Assembly: GCF_006345805.1 (NCBI RefSeq)
Contig: NC_042999.1
Coordinates: forward strand, 138,942,001 to 139,006,000
Length of the DNA stretch: 64,000 nt
Source: Octopus sinensis
Taxonomy: Eukaryota
Direction: 5' to 3'
How positions within the stretch are numbered: position 1 is the stretch's first letter; each line of letters begins with the position of its first letter. Below are positions 41,222-54,739 of the stretch, piece by piece. The notes under the pieces were generated by a model. The model searched no databases. It was not told where the DNA came from and saw only the letters and a program-made list of their open reading frames with translations. Both the position numbers and the translations under genes were made by a program.

Positions 41222-41519
41222 CAGATAGATAGATAGATAGATAGGAAGTGGCTTATAGTTTGGTAGTAAGAGGGTGACAAATTGACGAGCTTATACACAC
41301 ATAGGTAAATGGATATGTCATCCTTTTAAGGGTACGCTTTATTATATGCAACTACAAATTCTGCTTCGGCGTTCATTAACAAATTATCAGCAGAGCCAAT
41401 CCTTGCTAATAGGGATGTTCTCACATTTTATCCCCCAACAAAACACTATGTTATAATAACCGATTCTTTGGATTCATGGTAAAAAGCTAATTTTTGTAGC
41501 GCGCAATTTATAGTCGATG

Positions 41520-41947
41520 TAATTGATCATATTGGCAGACACCCATAAAATTATTAACCATCTTACTAACAATAACTCTAAGAACCTTTTCAAACTCCAC
41601 CTGTCTAACACCCGTGGACATGTTTACAAAGTCAGAAAACAGCACAGCTCCCATGACTTTCGGAAACCTTTTTTCACGCTAAGAGTTGCTGAAGTATGGA
41701 ACAAACACCCGGCATCTGTTGTTAGTTGTCGGAGCATTGCATCCTTCAAAACTTCCATGCTTCCTGAGATTCGCCAACACTACTCCTGGTTTTCTCCCCT
41801 CCATTCACACGCAAGCATGTATCTGACTCATACACTGTTCACTTTCCAGACATTTGTACATTACTGCATATGCTTTATACGCACTTTTGACAAGTTGTGG
41901 TGCACCAGAGCACTGTATACAATAATTTCATTATTATATTATTATTA
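41520..41947 (+). mobile_element. CR1-clade LINE 3' end
   Basis: THKIIN...TRGHVYKVRK...RKPFFTLRVAEVWN.HP..VV...SIASFK is the typical CR1 ORF2 C-terminus. Ends in an ATTAT-type tail. Confidence 0.85.
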
Positions 41948-42638
41948 AAGACATTTGTGACGATCTCGTTCAAATAAAAGTCTAAGTCAACTCTGAATTT
42001 CAACTCCGAACATAAAGATCCAAATTAAATACTGTAAACTGTTTAGTTCGTCGTTCAACCACAATGATTTTCATACATAGTTACATGTGAAAGGGAATGG
42101 TCGATTGTAATGATCCTGAGAGATTGTAATGATCATGAAAGTAAGGCCAAATCTAGCTGCATTTGAACGTGGAATCTTGTGGCTGAAACTAGATACAGTC
42201 GCTGTAGCATTCTTGAGAACCTGACAACGAGGAAGATTTTACGTGAACTGTCAGAAATAGCTGCCAAATCTTCTTCAAATAGCACTCTACTGTCTTAAAA
42301 AGAACATGTTGGATAATGTAACATGTTGGATAATGTAGTCCGAAATACACCTGCAAAAAAGACAAAGGAAAATATAAGAACAAGCAGAAACAAAAGCCCC
42401 ACGACCGATGTTCATGGTTTGAGTGACTAATTACGATGAGGAGTGATATGGAGCTAAACAACATCTAAAAGTGATAATTTCGAAAAGTTTGTTTGCGGTT
42501 TAAAGCACCACGGAAGTTAGAAAATTATTCATTCTTCCGTTGCTTTCTTTTGAATTGGTTTACACTTCAAAATTATTCAGGTTTTATTCCCTATAAATCA
42601 AACTGCTAATTTTATTATATTTGATTTTATACACACAC

Positions 42639-42854
42639 AAAGGCGTGCTGATAAGTTCCTGGCTTTAAGGGTGTCGCGAAAGGCCTGGTTGCAGACCCAA
42701 ATTTCCTAGTTCTTTTACAGGGCTTAGAACAACTGAAGGGCCACTGGAATAAATGTGTGAATCTGAGAGGGGAAATGTGTTCAATAAAATCATAATTAAC
42801 TGATCCTTCTGTATTTTCCTTTACCCAAAGCCAGAAACTTTTCAGCAGCCCCTC
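42639..42854 (+). mobile_element. Mariner-derived MITE (internal deletion derivative)
   Basis: TIRs aaggcgtgctgataagttcctggcttt and aaagccagaaacttttcagcagcccctc. The interior encodes GLEQLKGHWNKCVNLRG, resembling a mariner transposase C-terminus. Confidence 0.7.
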
Positions 42855-45800
42855 AACCTTGTATAGAATGACAGTCTTGTGTGCGACTTTGGCGAATGAT
42901 CTGGGCAGGTAGAGGTTCAGAAACAGACCATATTGAAATTACAAGAGTCCATAATGTCTCGCATATTTGCAGTCGACGATCTCGATTGCACCTTATAAAA
43001 CCCATTGGTAGCACCAACTTGTTAGATGAAGTCAGTCTTGCTCTCTTGTAATTTATGACAAAGTCTGCCATTTATCTCAAAAGTACGTCTGCTGATGAGT
43101 TTAGAGCATGTTTCAAAGAAACTTATTTTGACACCGAGAGTGGAGATATCAAAATACAGAATGAAAAAAAAAAATCGTGTTGAAAAATCAACACATTTCT
43201 AAAAATGGTTTTGAAAGTTTACTCATAATTTCCTTACGGAATTATAGAAATCATGAGTAACTATTGTGAACGTGCCATTTAGCATAATTAAACAGATACC
43301 ATCCCAGACCAGATGGTACAAATCATATCACATTGTAGTTGATGTTAAAAGTTCCTGTCTAACAGAGTTTAGAAATTTTATTCAGCCCATTGCTGTCACT
43401 CTTCACAATCTGCAAGTGAACGTAGGAGCATCCATTATGTTGCTACAAAATTTGGCTCCATCAAAATTCCATAACGATAGAGGATAGATGTGAAACTGCT
43501 ATATAAAACTCTTATTGTCTCTGTAATTGGATGAAACTAGCTCCATTGGTACGACCAGTATGGCTGGTTTGGGCAAGAGAGATGTTTTCATTTCATTTAT
43601 TCCCCTCCATTCCATCAAATCTGTTTAGTTCAGGCGCCTTCAGCTTCCAGTGATGATGTATTTTCCAATAATATTCAAACAAGTCTCAGAGATAGTGTCT
43701 TTGGATTGTTGGAATTCAGTTAAAAAGTTCATGTTTTTATCGTGGTCAACCATTGCTGCACGCTCTCGATTTGAACCAAGTAGGCATCTTTTCATCGGAG
43801 CATCAAACCTCAGAATAAGAATTGTTATCTACTCCAGAGCTTTTACTGGATAAAACACATTTCGGGTAGAATTACTTATGTTTATAGTAAAACAAATGAA
43901 TTCAGAATTCACGAAAGTATATGTAAAGTATAAAACAAAGACAGCATTTTGTTTAAGTCATGAAATTATAATGATCTATAAACACAGTTTGAAAAGGTTT
44001 CAAGTACCATAAAAACCTTGGAACCTTCAACTTTACACATGTATCTGCATTACAATAAAATGTGTAAAAACAATAAAAGATTTCTTCATGCTCAGAACCT
44101 TCCTATTAAGTAAAATTCTTTTATTACGAATGTATTATCTTAGGATACGTTAATTAATGTAGGAATAATCATAAATATTTGTTCAATAACTGAGATAGTA
44201 TCAACAATTTAATGCTTTTTTTTATTATTAAAATCAACACATTAGGTTTTTGTGTGTCTTTTCGTCATGTACGTTTTATGCTAAACGATTGATCATATCC
44301 ATATATTGATTCGAAGTAACTTATGTGTTTATTACAGGAGTAGGTCAAGCAGAAAATCATTCCATTTTGTCACTATCAGCTTTTTCTGGTTTGCAAGAAG
44401 ATAAGCTTCGAGCTCTGAGCAAGCTAAGGTTGTGACACAGTTTTGATTGCAGATTGAAACTAAATCAGTCGCGCTACTACAAATCTCCTTGTAAATATTA
44501 AATTTGGACTGGTTCCATTCAACTTAATATTTCTTACACGTATGTAAATGTGTGCGCGCTCATGTTTGGGATACGTCAAAAGAAACATATTTTTGGTTTT
44601 CGTCTGTATTGTGCATCATATAACTGTTACCTAAAATAGGTACAAAGTTATACATTATGGGCAGGGATGTAGTAAATTTAATCGACCCCTAGTAAGCTAT
44701 GTGGGGCTATTTTATAGACCCCAAATCAAATGAAAGGTAAAAATCTACCTTAGAAGAATTTGAATACTGAATTTGGAATACTGAATAAAGGGACGTAATT
44801 AAAAATATGAGAGACTAGTACCATTGATTAAAAAAGATTTATAAGACCATATACGAGGGAGATGTATTGTGAATTATATCGACAACACACCCAATACTTG
44901 ACTGGTACTACTTTATGGATCTTCCGTGGGATTTGAACTTACAGCTCAAACAAATGTAATTGAATACTGTAGACTTTGAGACGTTGAGCATTAGAGGAAA
45001 ATATTTTCGAAGTACTAGAAAAAGTATATGCAATATAAATCAAATGAATTAACTTCATGAACCTACAATTGGAACCCAACCCGCGTATTTATTTCGACTA
45101 GGCCCACCAAACACTGTATTTCTTAGAGATAGAGAAATGGATATATGTGGTGTTGTCGATAGCCTTTACATTAGTATTGGGAACATTTGTTCACGGTGAA
45201 TATGATTGAATCTTCTAAGCAAATTCCATGAATACAGTTTCTTACATTGGCGCATATATTACACAATCCTAATAAACCGGCAAGAAACGGTGAAATATCT
45301 CAATCACAACATAATGTCTTTAAAAATGGGGGATTAAAACACACACACACAGTAATATAACTAAATGATAAAGGAGACTGGGTGGTTTCCATCGAAAGGT
45401 TTTTCAATTAGAGATCCTTCAAATGTGATAAGAACTGATTTGAGATTTTCTAGTAGTCGTTACTAAGTGAAGCTCATTCACATCTATGTAATATAGTATC
45501 AAGCGAATGAATTAAGCAGGCTTTTCTTTTTTCATCTAGGGACGAATGAAAGTTTGAATTCTGCGCAACTAAGCTGAAAGACTGGAGTAGTGTTCTAGGG
45601 GAGGCTACTCAACTCTTTAAAGAGTAATTTCCCTTGAATGACATTTGCGTTTAGCTGGCAATTAATTAGTAAATAATAACGTCGTCTCTTATAGGTCTGT
45701 ACAAGCTGCTCGCTGGTTCATAATATTTAAGGCGAAGATTATATAGAATTGCTTGTAACCAGCAGCATAATAAATATATCGAGAGAATTCTTTCGAAAAA

Positions 45801-46060
45801 ATACCAGTTTTTCTGGGGTTTTTTTCGCTGATGGATTATTTTGTGTAAACTTTTCCTACATAGAGACAAAGTGTAATCAGTTGGTAGACACGTGAAGCAG
45901 AATGTCTCAAATTATGCAGTTTCGGACCTCTTAGTTTTATGATGTACTTTCTCATATCTCAAGTTCACTGAAACGAGCTACAAAAAACTAATGAAATCGA
46001 TATACTTGATTAGTCTGATCCTTTGAATCTCAGTAAAATTTGTTACACAACTAAATTAAA

Positions 46061-46450
46061 TACTTACACATTCTCTCCGTTGCGCGCGCGTATATGTTAC
46101 AGAAAAATATCTCACTCCGCATGTCAGATCATCCTCTTCGATTTTTAATTTGAATTTATTTTCATTGAATGCGCGCGTTAAACATTATTGTTTCCTTTCG
46201 TTTTTCTACGATTATTTTCCAGCACTAAATGTATATACTGAATGTTTCCTCCTTGTGCGATCTTTCTAGTTTTATTTCAGTGTTTTTACGGATTCTTCTC
46301 TCTCTTTCGCCCTGATTTTGCGCGCATTTTGTTTGTTTGATGGACGGAAAAAAAACAAAAGCAGAACGAAGGGTAAAGTGTATGACATTTGTGTACGAAA
46401 TGCGATGCCGCCTTGGTATGAGTGCTGAGGATATGTGAAGTCTGTAAAGA
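46061..46450 (-). promoter_or_regulatory. Candidate promoter and first exon of a minus-strand transcript
   Basis: Non-repetitive patch retaining CpG (several CGCGCG), an Inr-like TCAGT at 46241-46237, and a strong GTAAGTA donor starting at 46067. Confidence 0.4.
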
Positions 46451-46507
46451 AATTAGGTAGCATGCTTTGCTGGTTGTGTAATATGAGTGCGCATGAACCA
46501 TCTAGCA

Positions 46508-46958
46508 CAGGGGGTAGTTAAAGGGGGTCCGAGGGATCCCTTAGGAGTCGGCGAGGAATTACAGAGGGGACGATGATAGCCAAGGTGTCGAATGGGGTCG
46601 GCCTGCCAAAGACCAGCTCACCCAGATGAACTGCTTGAAATACTTAGCGCCACTAAATGTGGGAAAACATAAATTTTCACAATTTCTAACCGGGAAAACA
46701 ATTGCATACATATTGAAAGTTTAACACTGTACAGTTGTACACGTAGTTTTAAATGTATAAAGTGTGTCATCCTCAATAGAATTTTTTTAATTTGTCGTAC
46801 ATGTATATTTTAGCTGACATTTTAATTGCCAGCGTCAGTATCCGGTGCTCATTTAAGATATGGCACGGTAGGGTGTGTGTAATAAGATATTATTAATGAG
46901 GAGGGTGGTCGATGCAGGCTAAAGGGGGTCGATGGTCGAAAAAGTTTGGCGACCTCTG
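46508..46958. mobile_element. hAT (Charlie-like) non-autonomous element
   Basis: Begins caggggg and ends agtttggcgacctctg. 8-bp TSD atctagca / atttagca (7 of 8 match). Subterminal gggggtc motifs at both ends. Confidence 0.65.
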
Positions 46959-49399
46959 ATTTAGCATAAATGAACTGTGAGGAAAACTGGATATAAAAGC
47001 AATAAGAAGTCAGATGCACGGTAGAAGAGATGCTCTGTGATGTAAATGAAAGTTGTGGGCAAAGGTCCAAGGAACCTGTGGGAGAGGGAGACACCTCAAA
47101 AAAGGATTTCACAAAGGACTGCAAAATATGGTAAAATGCTGTGTTGGAGAAGATCCATCAAACTGATGTAAATATGAGAAATGGATGTTATTTTTCGCAT
47201 CTTGAATGTGTTGAACACAGCGTTTTAATAAGTATGTTCTGTAATCATCTTCAGGGAATATTCTTGTTGTTGACCAGGAAACCTTTATTTTTACCAGCTG
47301 GATATGTTGTTCGAACACTGGTTTTATTCCCTTTAGAGAACAATAGGCTAGTGTTACAAAACTTGGATGTTTTAAGTTAATTGGATTTATTTACAAAGTA
47401 GTTCATTATGTTTGTGGATTCAAGTTTTATGTTGTTATAAATATCCTTCCAATTGATCTTCCTTGATGAACACTATTATACCTAAGGAATTGAATTTTTT
47501 TATATGCTTTTTGCTATGTCAGGTCCATACTAATAGTTATATTTTTTCTGAAATGATTTTACACGATTGTTTGTTTCTCAGATTGTTTTTGCCCATCTTC
47601 AATTTGGAGCTGATAGAATATCTTGATCCAGGATGACGAAAATTGTAAATATATATAAAAAATAAAAATAAAAATAAAGCACCGATTTAAACATCTGTTA
47701 GAAAGGAAATATAATTTTTGTCTGTTTTTCAAAGCACTGTGAATCTGTCGATTGTTATTGTTCTTTTATTCTCTCCATTGCTTTTTGACTACAAATGTCC
47801 TCTATACACTTTTAAAGGAATTAAAAAATATTGCATAGCATACCTATAACGCATAAGGTCTGTTTATTTGGGGGGAAAATTTAGCTGCTAAACTGAGAGG
47901 AGTTAAACAATTTATTGTGTAATATACATATAAAACCCTTAGTGTTTTTTACTGATAAAGTTTGAGCAGATTAAAAAGCATTTCTTCTATCACATAATTC
48001 CTTTTCCTATTGTGCAATTTAGTAGTTAAATCTTTCCTGAATTCTTTCATGGTCATATGTCTTAAGGGTTAAAGAAATGCAGACTGGTAACTGAGTGATA
48101 GACATAATCCATTACTTAGTTTAACACTGCCACTGGTTGTTGGATACTGTAAGCATTTGACCCTGGCTTCTAGTCTCCCCACTAATTACAGCACAAACAT
48201 AAGGTTAAGGGTCTCGTCTCTCCTTATCTCATTTAAAAACTCTAAAGACAAACTAGTCATAACTAAAAATATGAGTTGAATGCTTTACTTCATCGACCAT
48301 GTTCTAGTTGAGAAACCATTCTATTGAGGACTATATAACAAGGTGACAAATCAATGAAAGTCACTACTTAGTCATTCACCCTTTAAAAAATACATGATAC
48401 TGAACTTTCTAGAATTAGCAACTAAATGTCCCTTGAAATACACACAACTATCTTATGTTCTATAAAGCATTGAATAGCATACATGTTTTCTGCTTATCAT
48501 CATCATTGTCGTCTGCCTTCCATGCTGGCATGGGTGGGATGGTTTGACAGGGACTGGGCAGGCAGAATCCTGCATCAAACTTCTGTGTCTGTTTTGGCAC
48601 GGTTTTTATGGTTGGATGCCCTTCCTAACGCCAACCACCCAGCAGAGTAGACAGTGTTTTTTACGTGGCACAAGCACTGTCGAGGTTAGTTTGGCAAGGT
48701 TTTCATAGCTGGATGCCTTTCCAAATGTTAACCACTTTCCAGTATGGACTGGATGCTTTTAAACTGGCTCCTGCACTGACAGGGTCACCAGGTAACTTGC
48801 AAGGCAAAATCTTTTGAGAGAGGAGGGGCCATTGGAGGAGGTGATCTTGTGACAGAGAGACAGAAACAGGTGTCTTGTTGTATAGGAGATACAAAGTTAC
48901 TTGACCAGACAGAGAGAGAGATATCAGGAACGAGGACAGAAACAGGTGTGCTGCTGTAAAGGGGATACATGGTTTACTCAACCTGAGGGAAGAGTATGAG
49001 GTGGAGAGAAAGAGCATACTCACAAGGGATGAGGATCAGAATATAAATGGGATGGTCGAGTAAAAGAAGAGAGAGATGGTGGAAAGTGCCAGGGTATATC
49101 CTTGAAGTTCGAAGGTCGTCATACAAGTGACAGGACATTGCCAAAGAAGCATGAGCAGAGAGTGGGAAAAGGGAATGCAGTGAGTGATGAAAACCTGGGT
49201 ATATAGAAGTGGAAGCTACCAGAGAGCAATGAAACAGAGAAACAGGGCCATGGGGACAGGATTGGGAAGATGTAAGCATAGTGAATGAAGGAGGAAACGA
49301 GAGGAAGAGAAGAGATGTAGTTTGGTTTGTTGGTGTAGGGTGTGTAAAAAGTTTTCTTATTACATGTGGGTGGAACATACAGCACTTCTAGAATTCAGT

Positions 49400-49555
49400 T
49401 TTGCTGACGTGGGTCTCCTCAAGAACCTCATATCGCCAGACATCTCAGTCTATTGTCATTTCCTCCGTGAGGCCCAACATCCTGAGATCAGCCCTTACCA
49501 TTTCATCCCATGTCTTCCTGGGTCTCCCTCTTCACGGGTACCACCCATTTTCAAT
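49400..49555 (-). mobile_element. RTE-clade LINE 3' fragment
   Basis: The minus strand reads GRPRKTWDEMVRADLRMLGLTEEMT, the characteristic RTE ORF C-terminus. Confidence 0.7.
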
Positions 49556-49639
49556 GATCTGCACTTTAAGCAACTGTCCTTATTTTGCTTACACACACAC
49601 GCACACACACATTGAATCATCTCATAAATAATGCAGTTT

Positions 49640-52600
49640 TTTCAATAGTATGAACTAAAAGTGGGAGGGGGATGGGATAAACGACCTGCATCAACTTGCT
49701 ATAGAAGCAGGGAGAAATCAAGACTCTCAATAGATAGTATAAGAAAGCTCCTGATGATGAAAGGGAAGGCATCAAGAACTTGACTGACAAAACAACTTCT
49801 AGAACATTTGAACAGACTTAGGACAGAAAGCACTTTTGCTATATCAGGTCCATACTAATATTTATCAAGAACCCATTTAGGTACACCTAAGTATTGTTGG
49901 GAAAGACCAAATCAGAGAGACTGATCAGTCCAGAGAAGATGTAGAAGTGTTTTTGAGGGTAGTAGTCCACAAGAACAACCTGAAAAAAAAACCCAAGCCC
50001 TTGATGTCAACCTAAATGTCAAAAGAAGCAAAGATGACTGTGGTCCGGCTAGAACGGGCAAATGTGTCTGGATCAATTCATCATGTGCTCATATACAATG
50101 GGGTACCCTAAAGAAACCAGGATTTTGCAATATTATTTTATTCACTTACTTTTACATGTTTATACTTTTATTATATTCAAAGTATTCTCTATTTGAAGCA
50201 ATGCATTGGTCCAGATGTGCTTTCCACTGTTCGAAGCAGTCCTGAAACTCTTGTGAAGTGATGCCTTTTAACACCTCTGCCTTTTTTTTTTTTTTTACCT
50301 ATTCTACATCTGCAAAACATTTTCCTTTAAGGAGTTTTTTCATCCAAGGGAACTAAAAAAAAGTTACAGATAGCAAGAGCGGGTGAATAGGGAGGGTGGG
50401 TAAGCGGAGTCATGCCATTTTTGGTTAAAACCGTCTCACACTCAAGGCAGTGAGCACAGGTGCATTGTCATGATGAAATCCCCACATTCCACAGGTCAGA
50501 GCATTTTTGTCTCACAAATGCTTCAGAACTTCCAAGTAAAATGTCTTAACAGTTTCACCAGGAGGAACAAATTCTGTGTGGAAAATTCCTTTCACATTGA
50601 TGAAACAAATCAGCATCATCTTGATATTGGACTTCACTTGATGCATTTTTTTGGTGACATTAAATGCTACCATTGACTTGTTTGCTGCTTCATGTCCAGG
50701 TCGTAGCCATAACACCAGCTTTTGTCACCAGTGATGACCTTCGGAAAAAGGTCTGGATCAACTTCCAATTGTTCTTTGTTCCCGACACACATTTAGTAGT
50801 GACTACTTTTGATCTTCTGTGAGCAAGTGAGGCACAAATTTTGCTGCAACTCTTTTCATTCACAATTCATTGCTCGAAATTCGTTGGCTGGAGTTCCAAG
50901 ATATACAGGTCATAACAAGTTTGTCAATTGTTTGGCGACAGTCCTCCAAGATCAGTTCAAGAATTTTCGTGATGTCGCTTGAAGACCAACCTCATTCAGG
51001 ATGACTGTCAACCTTCCAAAAGAATGAAAACAAATGACCATTCCTAAAGCATGAAAACCATTCATAAAAACTTGTGTTTTGCTCATGGTAAGCTGTTTGA
51101 AGCATGACAACTGTTTAGGTTGCTATTTTCCTCAGCAGAAAACAGAATTTCATGGAAGCCTGATGTTCCTTCATTTCAGCCATCACAAAACTTGAATAAA
51201 AATCATCAAAAAAAGAAAAAAACTGATGAATAATCGATACACTGCAAAACAAAGACTCACTACATGGCAGCAGGGCTTCAAAGAGGACCCCAGTTGGCAG
51301 ACTGATGCCTGAGGGTCACATCAAGTGGCTTCTAATGGTGGAAGTCTGAATTACAGAGAATGCCCCACAGAGAATATTTCTGGTTACTTTTGGGTACCCC
51401 AACGTATGCAGCTCTTGAAACTACCATATAATCACACATCCAGGGAATGATCACCAGCTACTTTGGAGCTATCCAATTATATTTCAAAGCAGCTTGCTTT
51501 ACAGCTCAGTGGCAGGACCTGGAAAAAGGAATTCTAACTGGTTGCACAATTTACCCCATCCTTTTAATCACAGGAATGAATTTCCTTATAACAGTTGCTG
51601 ATAAAGGAGCTGAAGGACCAGAAAGGAAATCAGGCAGCTAACAACATTTAATGAGTTTCATGGATGACCTTACAAGGACAACCTCAATGCATATGTAGGT
51701 AGAATGAGTGTCAGCTTCATTTAAACAAATGACAAATTTGGGTAAGAAATCTAGGTGTATGGTGACCAGGAGAGGCAAATAAACAAAGTCAAGCTACAAG
51801 TGCTAGGAGAGGTTATTCCATTAACAGAGAAAAATCCAATCAAGTGCCTTGGTGAGTGGTCTGACAATTCACCCCCTGACAGCGATGTCACCAAGACTGC
51901 AAGCAGCTGAGGAGAATTGAAGTATCAGGGCTTCCAGACATGGCTCTGCTAACATGGTACAGTATTCCAATGACAAGAATAGAAAGAGTGGAGTGGAAAG
52001 TAAACAACCAGGTGACTAGGTGTCCCTCTAAGCTTCACTTCAATAAACCTCTGCCAAAGATCTGGACAATCTAACTTACTCTGTCACCTGCAGTGGAGAA
52101 ATTCAAGATCACAAAATATAGAGTTATAATGGTGCACAGGGACTCCTAGGATAAGCATGTCAGATATGCAGGTAACACAAGATCTGGGTGAAAGTGGGTG
52201 GCCAGCAACACAGTCATTGTGCAGGTTGAAAACTTACTTTTTCTATGTAACATCACTGGGATTACATGCAGAAGATAGCAGGGTTTTGGCTCTTCCATTT
52301 TTTACAATGGAAGAAGATGGATATCAATGAGAAGAGGCCATGATCCAGGTAGAAGTATGGAACCAGGAAGAAGGGTGAGATCTGGCATAAGAATGTAAGT
52401 GCGCCAAGTACAAGAGCCTTCTACAAGATTTCAGGGAAAAGAGAAGGCAGTCATGGCTTTTCCCAGTCAAGGTTGTCTGTTAGGGATCCATAACCCAGTT
52501 GGCATGAAGGATGCTTACAACCACTGGAGTGAGAAGAAAAATGTGAGGAGTGGCTGTACACAGGATGGGAGAGACAATAGAAATAGTATCTTGCTGGTTA

Positions 52601-52745
52601 TGGAGCAAGGGAAAGAAGTTAAGATGGAAACCAGGAGATAAGCAGTGATTTGGCCACCTTTGCTGATCCACCAACAGGAGGGTGTTATGATTCAGTGTTG
52701 AAATACCTGATGATTGTTGGATACTGTTTGATGGCATCAATTTCT
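49640..52745 (+). mobile_element. Decayed R2-group (Hero-like) LINE split by the mariner at 50096-51404
   Basis: WQDLEKGILTGCTIYPILLITGMN (ORF 51447..51641) followed by FMDDLT, then PIKCLG.W remnants. The left boundary is uncertain. Confidence 0.6.
50096..51404 (-). mobile_element. Degenerate full-length mariner (DD34D-like), inserted into a LINE fragment
   Basis: TIRs caatggggtaccctaaagaaaccagga and ttctggttacttttgggtaccccaacg, TA on both sides, about 1.3 kb. Remnant peptides ITGDKSWCYGYD, VKSNIKMMLICFINVKGIFHTEFVPPGETV, HDNA and PYSP.LA. Confidence 0.88.
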
Positions 52746-52850
52746 CCTAGCCAAAGCTCCAACCTTCTTCTAGGTGATATCAATAACATATAAATCTATG
52801 TACAGATACATGCACATACATTTAACAATACAAAAAATTATTGAAAAAGC

Positions 52851-52856
52851 TTTATT
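52851..52856 (-). terminator. Probable galectin polyadenylation signal AATAAA
   Basis: AATAAA about 225 nt after the galectin-like stop, followed on the minus strand by a T/GT-rich tract (ttttttgtattgttaaatgtatgtgc). Confidence 0.55.
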
Positions 52857-53080
52857 GAATTTAGCACCCTTTTTTTTTTTTTTTGCATTATGTAGTTAAT
52901 AACAAATTACAACCATTTTGTCTTTTTTTAATAGAATATAAATTGAGTTATTAAAGCTAATATTTCAGGTAATTTGTAATTTCAAAAACATATTTTGCCA
53001 GTTTCACATTTTTATGTTCAAAAATTGTACATGTATTTAGTATGAAACTAAAACTAAAAAGTTTATGAAGCCAAACAGGT

Positions 53081-53193
53081 TTAATAAAATTGTGGATGGA
53101 AGAAGTGAGCATCTCCAGAAAGTTCCAAGTCTTGGCACAGTCAAAAGACAGTCGGTGAGCAAAATCAGTCAAGTAGTTTCCATTCACATAAAT
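53081..53193 (-). CDS. Galectin terminal coding exon, with an apparent 1-nt deletion near 53127-53128
   Basis: ttttcAG acceptor then IYVNGNYLTDFAHRLSFDCAKT. The galectin-like ending LELSGDAHFFHPQFY* (TAA at 53083-53081) is in a shifted frame. As written, the frame instead runs on to a stop at 52957. Confidence 0.85.
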
Positions 53194-54241
53194 CTGAAAA
53201 CAGAAAGGAAAACAGATAAAAAAACTATTAAAAAGAAAACAATGAAACAACTGCCAAGCTTTAGAAACTGTTTTCTTTTTATTAGCAATAACAGAAGTAA
53301 AGGAATTTATTTTATATCACAATTAGTTATCAACATCATCATAGGTTATAGATTCCATATTTGATGCAGAACAAACACCTCAAGGAACTTTGTTTATTGA
53401 TCATTATTTTAGTTTCCTTACCTATATTTTCATCCACCAATGACATATAATGGTGAATAATATATAAATATGCCTGTGGCCATTTGCCAGCCTCGTCTGG
53501 CACCTGTGCCGGTGGCACGTAAAAAGCACCCACTACACTCATGGAGTGGTTGGCGTTAGTAAGGGCATCCAGCCGTAGAAACATTGCCAGATCAGACTGG
53601 GCCTGGTGCAGCCTTCTGGCTTCCCAGACCCCATTTGCACCATCCAACCCATGCCAGCATGGAAAGTGGATGCTAAACGATGATGATGATATAGATACAT
53701 ACCATATATTTACATACATTTACAACATATCTATAATGAGCTTCTGCAGAGTTTCCATCAACCACAAAACATCTACACAAAAGTATTGGTTAGCTTGAGA
53801 CCATTGATAGAAGACACTTTCCTACAGTGTTGTATGATGAGATTCAATCTAGAACTATGTGGTGCAAAGTGAATATTTTAACCAAACAGTCATCCTTACA
53901 TCCACTGCCTTTGTCGATTAAGTAGGGCATATAGCTGGAACAACTAGTTTATTAGATTGGTAATTTACTATATGAAGTGTTTGTACACATAGAATAGCCA
54001 AATAGTTAAGTTTTTACTTCATGCTCACAAGGTCCAGGGTTGATCCCACTGCATGATATCCTGAGCAAGTGTTATTTTTCTATAGCCTCAAGTCAACCTA
54101 TACCATGTGAATAAAATTAGGCATGGGGAAACTGCATAAATGTCTGTCAGATGGATTGTAATTCAAAGGACAATCCTTGTTGAAAATTTAATAAAGAAAG
54201 GACATACGAATATAAAAAAAAAGTGAAATAAAGAATATTAC

Positions 54242-54434
54242 CTTGAAAGATTCTTCTTGGCAACCTATAAGAAGCTCGAATGGTTCAGAACCCATAAAAG
54301 GGAAGAAATCTGAAGTTCTTTCTTCCTCACCCCATTCACCATCAGAGTAGTGATTTAATACTACTTGTTCTTCACTTAGACGAGGATTAAGATGCAGGAG
54401 AATATCATCATCACACTTCAAGTTAATAGCAAGT
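54242..54434 (-). CDS. Galectin exon, sugar-binding core of the last CRD
   Basis: ttttttcAG acceptor, 193 nt encoding (R)LAINLKCDDDILLHLNPRLSEEQVVLNHYSDGEWGEEERTSDFFPFMGSEPFELLIGCQEESFK, GTAATA donor. Overlaps ORF 54188..54421. Confidence 0.95.
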
Positions 54435-54484
54435 CTGAAAAAACAAATTTCACTTTAGATATTTTCTCAATATTATTACAATCA

Positions 54485-54739
54485 GAGTAAAGACTTTTTG
54501 CCAACATAACATGGCAGTCCTGGTTTAGGATGAATGTTGCTATAATTTAGCCCCAGGCGACATCATCTCCAGTTGGATATACGACACGATCAATGTCCTT
54601 ATATTTTCAAACAAGAACACATATAAGGACACAGATTGTGTTTTATAGCCAGCTGGAGACGATATCTCCTGGGGCTAAATTACTGCAACATTCGTCCTAA
54701 ACCAGGACTGCTGTGTTATGTTGGCAAAAATCTTTACTC
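54485..54739. repeat. Long imperfect inverted repeat (about 120-bp arms) in a galectin intron
   Basis: gagtaaagactttttgccaacataacatggcagtcctggtttaggatgaatgttgc... pairs with ...gcaacattcgtcctaaaccaggactgctgtgttatgttggcaaaaatctttactc. Confidence 0.9.

Noticed and set aside
43000-43490. Possible hAT transposase remnant (PSQTRW...IQPIAVTLHNLQ)
   Set aside because: Only a short motif resemblance with no termini; too weak to list as a feature.
44338-44428. Possible plus-strand exon (tttattacAG...AG|GTTGTG) encoding VGQAENHSILSLSAFSGLQEDKLRALSKL
   Set aside because: Weak donor, no recognisable homology and no partner exons; cannot be supported without RNA data.
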